A stretch of 63,723 bases of DNA, counting the filler, from Octopus bimaculoides (taxonomy: Eukaryota): NCBI RefSeq assembly GCF_001194135.2. It is 6 parts of 6 records of this genome, joined end to end, with 100 filler letters (N's around TTAATTAATTAA, not from the genome) between each part and the next. Parts side by side here need not be neighbours in the genome. Positions count along the whole stretch, not along the records: positions 25,340 to 55,965 come from NC_068997.1; positions 56,066 to 59,330 come from NC_068982.1; positions 59,431 to 60,634 come from NC_068989.1; positions 60,735 to 62,153 come from NC_069004.1; positions 62,254 to 63,723 come from NW_026415331.1; 1 more part is not named here. One strand, 5' to 3'. Position numbers and translations under genes: made by a program. Positions 52,083-63,550 of the stretch are shown piece by piece (position 1 is the first letter of the stretch; each line of letters begins with the position of its first letter). The notes beneath the pieces are model-generated. The model ran no database searches. It was not told where the DNA came from and saw nothing but the letters and a program-made list of their open reading frames with translations.

Positions 52083-52596
52083 CACAGAGTAACAAACTTT
52101 TTAATTATAATTTTTTATTTAATTATCAATATTTTTTTTATCTTTGGTCAATAAGTGTTATTTCCTATTTGCTTCTATCTAGAAATCAAGAGAAATGACT
52201 ACTAATCCCTTCAAACGTTGCTTTTGTTACTTGTACATCAATGTTTTGAAACTGACCTGTTTTCCAATTTCAGACAGGTTCAACTCTGAGTCACTGAAGG
52301 AGAAATATCGTTATAGCAAATATTCTGGTCAATACACCAGATTTGCTCGTTAATTGCTTGACCTTAACCACGTGAGTATGTCACTTGCACAAGTGACAAT
52401 ATGTGCATCTCTAGTCATGAACAGGTATATTGTGGGAGCATCATAGAAATCTGTTGAGAGAGATTCTTTGGGGTTTGAATAAATATCGTAAAAATCAAAG
52501 TTTGAAGGAAATATTAGCTATTTTCCAAACTGTCTGGGAGTAAGGAAACAGGAAATAACAGTTGCTACCCAAGGTCACAATTCGTGTTTTACAGTG
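52083..52596 (-). mobile_element. Full-length copy of the 2401-2892 MITE family
   Basis: Reverse-complement match along its length incl. CCTTGGGTAGCAACTG and TAAGTGTTATTTCC; ends TTACAGTG-TA. Confidence 0.72.
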
Positions 52597-53763
52597 TAAT
52601 GAATAATATAAGATCAGGTCTAGTTGAAGGTATTTCAATTAGAAGACCCGTGGAAAATTATCTTCGTAATAATATCAAACACTATTAACTGTAATAAACT
52701 TTGTTTTTGTTGTCTTTGTTTTTCTATAGTCCTAGTTCAAGGTTCATTGTGTATGTGTAAGGGTCAAACGCATACTAACCATGATTATCTCGTATTTTTG
52801 TGTATATTTCTAGTTTGAGATGGTGACGTTTGGTATTTTTCTATCTCTGCGTAAAAGGTGTTATGCAACCGTTTTTACAATTATAAAACAAAAATTATTA
52901 ATCATAATAATGAGATTGAAGAAATGGTTGCTATTTCTAGCAGGTTGGGCAAAACAACCTATGAAACATAAATAGAAACACTATGAAGAGCGTCTAAGGA
53001 ATCACTAGTAAAATAATTCCGGAACTTTATGTTGAGTTGAAATTCAAGTGAGAACCACTTTGTCTTTCGTCCTTTCAAGGGAGATAAAATAAGTACCAGC
53101 TATGTACCGAAATCGATGTAATCGATGTAATCGACTTAAACCATTTGCTGGCCATGTGCCAATATTAGAAAAGAATTCTAAGAATAAACTTTGGTCGTTG
53201 TGAGTTCGGTATGTTTTTTTTTTCTTTCTAAATTTACTTTATTTATATATATTTCCTCACTTCCTCAACATTGAAAATAAACAAAATAAATGTCAGAAAT
53301 ATTTTAAACTCGATTCCATCAATTTACACCGTCTTCACCTTAATCAAGTTATTTGTCGAATGCAGAAAACAAAATAAAGAAAAAAATATTCGAGACAAAT
53401 TATAATTGACCGTACGCACGCCAAGAGTGCGCAGATGGTCAGGTCAGTGGAGGTCAAAGATAACCAGCCAACAATGTATAGGTTCGTATGCTGCATTCGG
53501 TACTGCATTATTTATGTGGCTTAGACACTCAACGTTAAATTTACATGCTTATGTAGATCTAAGAAGATACACCACGGTAGCTGCATAGTTTACAGAACTG
53601 AGAAGGCAGTGTTTTATCAATATTAGTAACGCAGACGGCGGTGAACAGATAAATTCGTTTGCACTTTGGAGAAGATGCCTAGCGCATTTTATTTCGGATT
53701 TACATAATATCTCAAATAGCTGTCTTAGGATACTTGCCAGTCCTAATTATGACTGTTGTTGTA

Positions 53764-53837
<74 letters not shown>

Positions 53838-53880
53838 TCACTGCCTGGAATCGAATTCGGAATCTTGGGGTTAGTAGCCC
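53764..53880 (-). mobile_element. 5'-truncated copy of the same tRNA-headed element, head-to-head with 53884-54160
   Basis: 53833-53880 is the reverse complement of 53912-53958 with few mismatches; flanked by (ATT)n. Confidence 0.75.
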
Positions 53881-53883
53881 ACA

Positions 53884-53953
53884 GGCATAAGGTATAGTGG
53901 TTAATAGCGCAGGTTAATAAACCCCAAATTCCGAGTTGGATTCCAGACATTGA

Positions 53954-54019
<66 letters not shown>

Positions 54020-54160
54020 CAACAACGAAAAATATCTTAGGAAAGAGAACCAAGGTTCGAAATTTCCCCAAGACAACTGATGAAGGCTGGAGGGTATATC
54101 AGCCGAAACGTTGTGCTAACAACAAACAAGATGAGGATAAAAATCCTACAAATGTAAATC
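53884..54160 (+). mobile_element. tRNA-derived SINE-like element with (AAT)n/(AAC)n linker and hammerhead-bearing tail
   Basis: Head GGCATAAGGTATAGTGGTTAA...GAGTTGGATTCC (degenerate A and B boxes), microsatellite spacer, then CTGATGAAGG...CCGAAACGTT tail. Confidence 0.7.
54071..54117 (+). ncRNA. Hammerhead ribozyme-like motif in 3' tail of tRNA-headed element
   Basis: CUGAUGA (54077-54083)-A-GGCUGG-AGGGUAUA-UCAGCC-GAAA (54105-54108)-CG-UU; palindromic AACGUU; core intact, stem I weak in this copy. Confidence 0.68.
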
Positions 54161-54346
54161 TATTTCAATGGTTCTGAATCATTTTTTCTTAATCTCTGAA
54201 GCCCTTTGATCGTCGTTCTATATACAATATATGTGGTCCCTCACATCAATTCAATGTTTGAAAAAATCCGATTGTAATAATTAGATATCATTAGCAAATA
54301 TTAAAAAAAATATTGCTAAAATATCATGTGTATGATAGAAGTTGTT

Positions 54347-54682
54347 GGCACTCCGTCGCTTACGACGTCGAGAGTTCCAGTTGATCTGATCAACAGAACA
54401 GCCTGCTCGTGAAATTAACGTGCAAGTGGCTCAGCACTCCACAGACACGTGTACCCTTAATGTAGTTCTCGGGGATATTCAGCGTGACACAGTGTGACAA
54501 GGCTAACCCTTTGAATTACAGGCACAACAGAAACAGGAAGTCAGAGTGAGAGAAAGTTGTGGTGAAAGAGTACAGCAGGGTTCACCACCACCCCCTGCCG
54601 GAGCCTCGTGGGGCTTTGGGTGTTTTCGCTCATTAAACACTCACAACACCCGGTCTGGGAATCGAAACCACGATCCTACGAC
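54347..54682 (-). mobile_element. tRNA-headed SINE, same family as 4405-4762, CpG-retaining; head runs into gap
   Basis: Colinear with 4405-4762 over ~330 nt. Confidence 0.85.
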
Positions 54683-55931
54683 NNNNNNNNNNNNNNNNNN
54701 NNNNNNNNNNNNNNNNNNNNNNNNNNNNNNNNNNNNNNNNNNNNNNNNNNNNNNNNNNNNNNNNNNNNNNNNNNNNNNNNNNNNNNNNNNNNNNNNNNNN
54801 NNNNNNNNNNNNNNNNNNNNNNNNNNNNNNNNNNNNNNNNNNNNNNNNNNNNNNNNNNNNNNNNNNNNNNNNNNNNNNNNNNNNNNNNNNNNNNNNNNNN
54901 NNNNNNNNNNNNNNNNNNNNNNNNNNNNNNNNNNNNNNNNNNNNNNNNNNNNNNNNNNNNNNNNNNNNNNNNNNNNNNNNNNNNNNNNNNNNNNNNNNNN
55001 NNNNNNNNNNNNNNNNNNNNNNNNNNNNNNNNNNNNNNNNNNNNNNNNNNNNNNNNNNNNNNNNNNNNNNNNCATACGACTTTATGCATACATGCGCACA
55101 TCATACACATACACGTACACACGTGACTTCTTGTTCCTTCAGTACAGTGACATTGAAATGATGTTGTTTATGATCCCTTTTCTTCTTTCTTTCTTTCGTT
55201 CTTTTTTTCCTTCCTTTCTTTATTATTGTTGTTGTTGCTGCTGCTGCTGTTCTTCATCGTCTACGTCGATTTTGTCATTGTAGTCGTCGTGGTCGTTGTC
55301 TTTGCCTTTTAATTCACCTACTGTCATCCGGGTATTGTGGCCTTTCGTGTATAATGTATATGCATGTGTGCATTTTTATATAAGTAGCCGTTATGTGTGA
55401 TTATGTGTATATATGTGTGTGTGTGACCCCTCTATAGAATCATTGCATGTTACTTGTCGGTGTATATTTGTATATAGAGTATAATAATATATATATATAG
55501 ATATTTATAAGTGTGATCGTAATGTGTGTGTATAAACCTATGGCTATATGTATTACGTGTGTATGTATGAATGCATATATGTATGTATCCTGTATGTATG
55601 TATGCGCATGTATCTATGCAGCAATATATGTGTATGTTTGACATCTTTATGTGTGTGTCTGTGTGAATGTGTGTATTTATAATAGTGCTCTCTTTGTGTG
55701 TTATGGGTTCGTCTATCTCTATATTTTTTCAAAGTCGACCATTTTGTGCCATTGCACGTATAATGTATATACATGTGTGAGAGTGTGCGTGGTTTGCGAG
55801 TGTGTATGTGTGCGTATGTGTCAGTATGTGTCTACGCTTCTATGTGATTGCATATGATCGTATATATGTTTTCTGTGTGTCCTGACTGTGCATATGAATA
55901 AATAGATGTATATATGTGTATGTGCGCGCGC

Positions 55932-55965
<34 letters not shown>

Positions 55966-56065
55966 NNNNNNNNNNNNNNNNNNNNNNNNNNNNNNNNNNN
56001 NNNNNNNNNTTAATTAATTAANNNNNNNNNNNNNNNNNNNNNNNNNNNNNNNNNNNNNNNNNNNN
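55966..56065. other. Artificial scaffold-joining spacer
   Basis: 44N + TTAATTAATTAA (56010-56021) + 44N. Confidence 0.97.
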
Positions 56066-56321
56066 AGATATCTCCCGCGAACGAGAAGCAGTTGAGAGAT
56101 AGGACAAGTTCGGCCAGACGAATGAGTGTGGAGGTGTCGGGTTGTGGGTTGGGGCGTTGGTCTAGAAAAAACTTCAGGGCACGCAGCCCCTCGTCGTGGG
56201 GGATCACTGTATAGAGGCTCTGGATGTCTAGAGTGAAGAGAAGCTTAGAAGGGCCGGGAGGGAAAGAGAAAGAGTTGAATAGACGAAGCGCGTGGTTAGT
56301 GTCATGAATGTGGGAAGGGAG
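56066..56321 (-). mobile_element. Penelope-like element reverse transcriptase fragment, cut by scaffold edge
   Basis: Open frame LPSHIHDTNHALR...LLFTLDIQSLYTVIPHDEGLRALKFFL...LIRLAELVLSLNCFSF; DT, D...LYT.IP and L.ELVL..N.F motifs of PLE RTs. Confidence 0.9.
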
Positions 56322-57919
56322 AATATATATGTACATATATATACATGACTGTGTGTGAGTGTGTGACTATGTGTGTGTAAGAGAGAGAGAGAGAGAGAGA
56401 GAGAGGGAAAGGGAGAGTGTGTGTGTGTGTATGTGAATGTGTGTCAATACATTTTACTAATAATTTCAAAATCATTCAAAGGCACTTAGAGTGGTTGTGT
56501 TCATGACCATCAAACTGGATTGATTTGTACACCATGTGCGGTGTTATGAGCGAAGAATGTAAGCCTTACTTATGTTTGTATTATAAATATTCTGAGGAAA
56601 TATATGCAAACTATTTTATTTCTAAATTTATTCCTAAATTCAATGAAAGCCACTAAAAAGGTATTGCCTACCCCGAAACTTAAATATTTTTTAAAGCGTA
56701 TTGATAAAGAAACAGTGATAAATTTTAAATATGAAGTACAGTTTGATAACAGAAAGGGATAGAAGAGAAAAGTCAAAAAGGGACAAATAATAGAAGACAG
56801 AGAACGTGAGAAAACAGGACATGAAAGAAAACAGAACCGAAAAAAACATTTTTTCTAAAACTAAGTGGAACTTCTGCGTTCAAGTTTCAGTTTGCCAGTT
56901 TGCCATCCGTTGTCTTATTTAGAGTAACTGAGAAATTTATCATCGTGTTTGCAAGTACTGAATGTTTACGATTTGGGATCCAAACTATTTTTAGCAGTTG
57001 TAGAGATCGTCTTGTGTTTATGCTGTGCTGAGGTATAACCATTTGAAACCAATGATGTACAGATTACAATTTTCGACAATTCTCCAGTTGATATTTTATT
57101 TCCCAGACTTCTCTTTCATAAACCAGATTTAGTTTACGAGTATTGTTCCATTTCGTTTTTCATCGTTCCTAACGAATAATAAATAAAAAGGTGTGGTTGC
57201 AATTTTTTTAACACCATATGTCATATCAATTTATCGAGTTTCGGCAGTGCTACGGTCTATATTTATAGGTTTGACCTCGATCTATATACAATGGCCTGTG
57301 TGTTACAGGATCCTTTCAGTAGGAATTAGCAGCCAACCACTGTGTTTAGGGTGCGCTTATGGACTACATTTTTCATTTTGGCTGTGCAGCTCAAACTATT
57401 TTTAAGTGTGTGGTGAGAAAATGCATATCTATTAAACTTACAAAGGCTTCACTTACATTTAGGGAGAGGAACGGCGGGGCATAAATGATATCACGACACT
57501 AATTTCTTTTAAGAGCTTTGTGAGGGTCGGAAATAAAGGTAATATTATTCTTGAGCAAGCTCACTTTCCATAAAGGATTAATACTTACAAGAGGACACAT
57601 TCGAAAATCTACTGATAATATTTAGTAAGATTTAAAGACTAAACGCTAAGAGGTAGCATGAGCCTGTATTTATGTATTCATTCAGTATTTCCTTAAGTTG
57701 GATAGACTGACAAAACGCTTATATATACATAGACACATAGATACATACATACATAGATACATACATACTTACTTACATACATACATATATATATGTATGT
57801 ATGTATAAAATTAAGATTCAGTTGGATTAGGTACCTAAGTTAAAGCACCAAGTCAGTCCTCTATTATCTGCACAGCTCAAAGTACTGCATTACTACTTGA
57901 TATCCTGTTGCTTATTTTG

Positions 57920-57959
<40 letters not shown>

Positions 57960-58811
57960 GAAAGAAGCCCGTCGTATATGTGTATATGTTTGTGTGCCTG
58001 TGTTTGTCACTCCACCATCGCTTGACAACCGATGTTGGTGTGTTTACGTCCCAGTAACTTAGCGGTGCTCTAGCATGGCCGCAGTCAAATGACTGAAACA
58101 AATGAAAGAACAAATATAGATACATACATATATACATACATACATAATAATTTTTCCATTTTTTAAAATCTTGTTTTGCCGGGTATCAACTGACAAATGC
58201 TACGTCAACTAATACTACCGTCTTCAGGCAGTAGTTTAAAGCGCTTTCAACTAGAATAAAGCAGCTACTAGTGGATATACAACTGATAATTGTTTTCCTG
58301 AAAGAAGAGTGACGTAATAGAAAATCATTTAAAGCGTATCAATAGTGAATACATTTCATTCGTATTTATGTTATTTGTGATGTCACTTATAAAACCACAC
58401 ACACACACTCATGCGCGCGAGTGCACATACACATATATTTAGGGAACTGTAGTCAGAACATAAAGAGCCGGAACAAATATCAAAATGCATTTTGCCTAAC
58501 GATGTAAAGGTTCTGCCAGTTCACCGCCTTGACAGAAGGTATCGTAATAAAACAAATATTTCTAAGAATAGCTGGACTGTATGCTCGGTTCACTATGCAT
58601 ATATTAGCTGGGTTTTATAAACTGACTGTTGTTTTCTGTATTTATATATATATCTTACTCATCTCTGTATGATTGGAATGAAAATTATGTCAAAACTCAG
58701 GGCTAAATGCGACAGTTTGTATAGAAGGATAAGAACACACAATATTTCGTCTAGAAATAAAAATGTTAAAAAAAATCATTATCAACTAGATAATAGCTAG
58801 GAAATAACAGT

Positions 58812-58998
58812 TTACTTAAAGTAGCCACCCTCAGCTTCCATCATAGCCTCAAGACGGCTTTGGAATCTGGCGCATGCGTTCTTCATTGTGTACCTGGAAA
58901 GATCTTCGAGTACCTTCTTGAACTTGCCCATTAACTTGGCTTTGGTGTAGCAGGCACAAACGTTAGTGTCTTTTTCAACCGCGCCCCGCACACATAGT
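58812..58998 (-). mobile_element. C-terminal fragment of DD37D/maT-like transposase
   Basis: YVCGAVEKDTNVCACYTKAKLMGKFKKVLEDLSRYTMKNACARFQSRLEAMMEAEGGYFK*; the (N/K)AC.RF..RLEA...EGGYF ending is typical. Confidence 0.82.
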
Positions 58999-59330
58999 GT
59001 GTGTGTGTGTATATATATATATGTATATATATCCACACACACACACACAATTTATTTAAGCAGTAGTAAGCAAATGTGTTCCAACAAGGAGAACTATAAC
59101 CGTCATTAAATATGACTGAGGGTGTTATAAACACCTATATTGCCAGAAATAAGAAATAAACGCTCTAATACTGCATTCAAAGCACATAAGTGTATACATA
59201 CATGCTGACAGGGACCGTAATAGCCCGAAAAACAGCGGTAGAGATATTCCCAGACTGATCGATCAGTTTCGGCTATCGCCGTAGCCCCTTCCGTCTGATC
59301 GGCCCATATATATATATATATATATATATA

Positions 59331-59430
59331 NNNNNNNNNNNNNNNNNNNNNNNNNNNNNNNNNNNNNNNNNNNNTTAATTAATTAANNNNNNNNNNNNNN
59401 NNNNNNNNNNNNNNNNNNNNNNNNNNNNNN
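59331..59430. other. Artificial scaffold-joining spacer
   Basis: 44N + TTAATTAATTAA (59375-59386) + 44N. Confidence 0.97.
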
Positions 59431-59474
<44 letters not shown>

Positions 59475-59675
59475 TGTGTTTGTTGTTTGTTCCCCCCAAC
59501 ATCACTTGACAACCGATGCTGGTGTGTTTACATCCCCGTAAGTTAGCGGTTCGGCAAAATAAACCGATAGAATAAGTACTCGGCTTACAAAGAATAAGTC
59601 CTGGGGTCGATTTTCTCGACTAAAGACGGTGCTCCAGCATGGCCACAGTCAAATGACTGAAACAAGTAAATGAGT
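59431..59675 (+). mobile_element. tRNA/CORE-like SINE 3' half, CpG-retaining
   Basis: (TG)n then TTGACAACCGATGCTGGTGTGTTTAC...GGTGCTCCAGCATGGCC...GACTGAAACAAGTAAA; another copy at ~57950-58110. Confidence 0.85.
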
Positions 59676-59855
59676 AAAAGAATACGTGTATATAATGTAT
59701 ATGTGTGTGTTTTTTCTGTGTGGGTATATATATATATATATGTGCACGTGTCTGTTTGTATTGGCCAACACCTTTCGATGAGGTGTATACGTGCGCATTT
59801 ACATCAGTATGTCACTGTTGTGTGCGCAGACACTCACGCACACACACACACACAG

Positions 59856-59886
<31 letters not shown>

Positions 59887-60136
59887 CACACGTAACTGCT
59901 TGCGTATTGTGTGAAGTTTGTTTCGTTAGCGTATGTATACCAGAGTGTATATACATGTAAACAGCTTTTCCCAAGTGCATGTATTCGTTGAACGGTATTA
60001 GGAATATGTGCTCCAATCTATGTATACATGTGCGTGGTTATGACTGTGTGTGAGAGTGGTGTGTGTGTATGTGTGTGTGAGTGTGTACGTGAGTGAGTGT
60101 GTGTGTGTGTGTGTGTATGCGTGCGTGAGTGTGTGT

Positions 60137-60168
<32 letters not shown>

Positions 60169-60534
60169 TTGTGTGTGTAATAGCAGATGCACTCGATACC
60201 AATGTACTTAATAACCAATCTCGCGTAACCTGTCGCAGTAAGACAAAAGAAGAAAAGAAATTAGATCGAACACACTAAAGCTGTGATTTCCCTGAAGATC
60301 TCATTTGACAAATTTCGATGTAGTGTTTATACATACATACATACATACATACATACATACATACATACATGCATACATACATGCATACATACATGCATAC
60401 ATACATGCATACATACATAGGTCAGGATAAATGTTGTTATATGGTTGTGAAAAGGGGGAAAACTATAAACCAAACTAGTAACATCTCCCTCAATGATTTG
60501 ATGTTTCCCCTGTATCTGACGAGAAATATTCTTT

Positions 60535-60634
60535 TCTATTCTAGGCACAAGGCCCGAAATTTCGGGGAGGGGTCCAGTCGATTAGATCGATCCGGTACGC
60601 AACTGGTACTTAATTTATCGACTCCGAAAGGATG
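60535..60634 (-). mobile_element. SINE 3' half, GGCGGCGAG family, cut by scaffold end
   Basis: CTAGGCACAAGGCCCGAAATTT...AACTGGTACTTAATTTATCGA. Confidence 0.75.
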
Positions 60635-60734
60635 NNNNNNNNNNNNNNNNNNNNNNNNNNNNNNNNNNNNNNNNNNNNTTAATTAATTAANNNNNNNNNN
60701 NNNNNNNNNNNNNNNNNNNNNNNNNNNNNNNNNN
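60635..60734. other. Artificial scaffold-joining spacer
   Basis: 44N + TTAATTAATTAA (60679-60690) + 44N. Confidence 0.97.
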
Positions 60735-60879
60735 GGGGGGGGGGTCTACACAAGCAAAATAAATTAGGCATCCACAGAAGTATTTCAAGGGGTTATGAAT
60801 AAATTTTGCCTTAGATTTAGTGCAAGAATCAGCAAGATTTGTTTCTCTGACATTTTAAATTGTTCAATCTACACGAATA

Positions 60880-61200
60880 TATGCTTGGTTGTTTGTTTGC
60901 TTCATGGTCTTGCTTGATGGAGCTGAGCTCATCTCGAGTTAATCATACCAGAGACGTCATCATGGGTAGGGTTGACCAGATCTACAAGTGGCTCCCCCAT
61001 CGCTGGTAATCCCGTGCCAACTCCTCTTCAGCCTCCAGTGTGACGTCGAGATTCTGCAGATACTCCCTAACCACATCCGGCCATCTGGTGCGGGGCCTAC
61101 CACGAGGATTTTCCCAGCCTCGAATGAGAATAAAACCCTGGTAGGATTATCTAGCGAAAAACGGAGGGCATGTCGGTACCAGCGCATGCGACGAATAACT
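60880..61200 (-). mobile_element. Degenerate RTE-type LINE 3' end
   Basis: IRRMRWYRHALR...NPTRVLFSFEAGK...W peptide followed by short 3' UTR and (CAAA)-like tail. Confidence 0.6.
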
Positions 61201-62102
61201 ATGGGGTGGGAGTTAAATGTATGAAAAAGCAAAACAGGAAATTTGAAAGAGAAAAATCAATAGAACTAATTTTAAATTTTCGAATGGTTATGGAAGTTCA
61301 CCAGAATAAAAAAAAGCAATCAAAGGGGTTCACAGATAAAAAAAAACAAAACAAAAAAACATGGCTGAAAACCAATGATTTAAATAAATAAAGAATGACT
61401 GGGCGTTGTAAAAGTAAGATATTATTTTGCAGTTGTTTCGAGTCGAGAGACCTCGTAGATAACTCCAAATTTCATATTGGCTCCTATATTGGTTCAGTAA
61501 GTATATACCGTAATGGAATCACGTGAAAGAGAGAAAGAAAAACCGAAATATTAGTTCAATAGCTGATTTAGTATTATGAGAGTTGGAATATAAAAATAGC
61601 GAGCTGGTTCTAAACTACATCATTATTATCGAATTTAACGGCGAATCTTCTTCACGTGTTGTATTTTATTAGGTTCAGTTTTTCAGTATCCGCTGACGTG
61701 ATATCTAATATGTTGTGTTGAAATTATATGTTCGATAATACTTCACACTCACCAGCTTTTTTATTCCTCTCTGCAGTATTTAAGTCTACTTAAACCTAGG
61801 CAATATTTTCAAAAGTTCTCATTCGCGACACATTTTTTCTACTATCGGCGCATCGTGGCCACCGTTAAGTATTGGCTTACGGTGGTTTATTTCACGTTCA
61901 TAACTGAAATGCACACACACTCACACAAGCACACACGCTCACGCACGTGTACGCACAGACACACACGTGCATGCATAGACACACACATACTCACACACAC
62001 ACGCACTTGTACGCACACACACACACGCACTCACACTTCATTCACACGTAAACGGAGGCATATTTAACATATACAACACATTCATGCGTGTACATTTCGT
62101 GC

Positions 62103-62153
<51 letters not shown>

Positions 62154-62253
62154 NNNNNNNNNNNNNNNNNNNNNNNNNNNNNNNNNNNNNNNNNNNNTTA
62201 ATTAATTAANNNNNNNNNNNNNNNNNNNNNNNNNNNNNNNNNNNNNNNNNNNN
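62154..62253. other. Artificial scaffold-joining spacer
   Basis: 44N + TTAATTAATTAA (62198-62209) + 44N. Confidence 0.97.
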
Positions 62254-62254
62254 C

Positions 62255-62293
<39 letters not shown>

Positions 62294-63504
62294 TAGATGA
62301 CTGCTCCGGTACTACAGATATGTGATTAGAACAGCGTAGCCCTGAATCTCAAGACGGATTCTTCGAGAGGAACCAGCCAGCGGGAGACTTACTAGTAGAC
62401 CAATAACGAGATGGTCATCGTTGGGAATCTAGCAAGAGACTGTAATGACTTACTTTTGCTAAAACCCTAAGGAGATGATGCCTGAGGATTCTGTCCTAAC
62501 GAATCTCCCATGAATAGTGGACACAGAAGACTTGGTGGACGGATGGATATCAACGCATGGTTTGCGATCAAATTTCTTGCCAACCAAATTCAAAATCACT
62601 TCATAGTAATCTCATTCGGTCGCTTTTGGGAACCCAATCGGAAAGCGTAATGACAGCTGCCTCTTATAGGACCTTAGGGAGGGGAGTCTTTCAAGACTCT
62701 ATCTTCACGAACCTTCTAGAAATAGTGAGTGGATTAGATGGATGGACGAATTGATGGACCGTTGTCATTACGCTGTGATAGCGTTATAAAATTATATCAT
62801 TATCGTATTTTCCGCCATACAAGCCAACGTAATATACAGTGCAAGTAAGTACCGTCGCAATCTTTCTGTACAAGTCGACCTCCCTCACACAAATCGGTGT
62901 AGCATATTGCGTAAACGTGCAGTGTAAAAAACACTGAAACATCATCACTATCTTATCAATTCCTGATGTATTTCATAAGGAATTCTTGGGTCTCCAAGGA
63001 TGTTATGGTGTATATGTCGACCTAGCTCATACAAGTCGATGTTCTCTATAGCGTAAACAGGTAATATAAACTTCCAAACATTGCCACTATCTCTTCAAAT
63101 CCCATTGCATCGCAATTGGAATTTTGGTCCTCCAAAGTCATCTTGGTGTATAATTCAACCCGCTTTCTTTTCGCTCTAAATTTTGGTCTAAAAACATTCG
63201 ACTTCTAAACCGGAAAATACGATAGACCATTATGCAACGAGTTACATGAAGCAACGGAAAACAAAGGGTGGCAGCACTCTTGCAGAAGAAATACTGCGTT
63301 CGTCAACGAGTTCTTTGTTAATCCTTTCATACCAAACAACTATCACACTATTAAAGCATTTTATATAAAACAGCAGATAAACATATCGTTCCCTATCTTG
63401 GAGTATTAACCGACTTTTCAACGAAACTTTTTCTTTTTGTAGTTTTCCCGGGATTTTTTTTTCTTTTCGCAACAAAACAAAAAAGAACGAAAATAACGAT
63501 GATG

Positions 63505-63550
<46 letters not shown>

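Noticed and set aside
61430-61470. Minus-strand CUACGA-GGUC-UCUC-GACUC-GAAAC hammerhead-like string
   Set aside because: Core lacks G5, no UH site or stem I; compatible with chance
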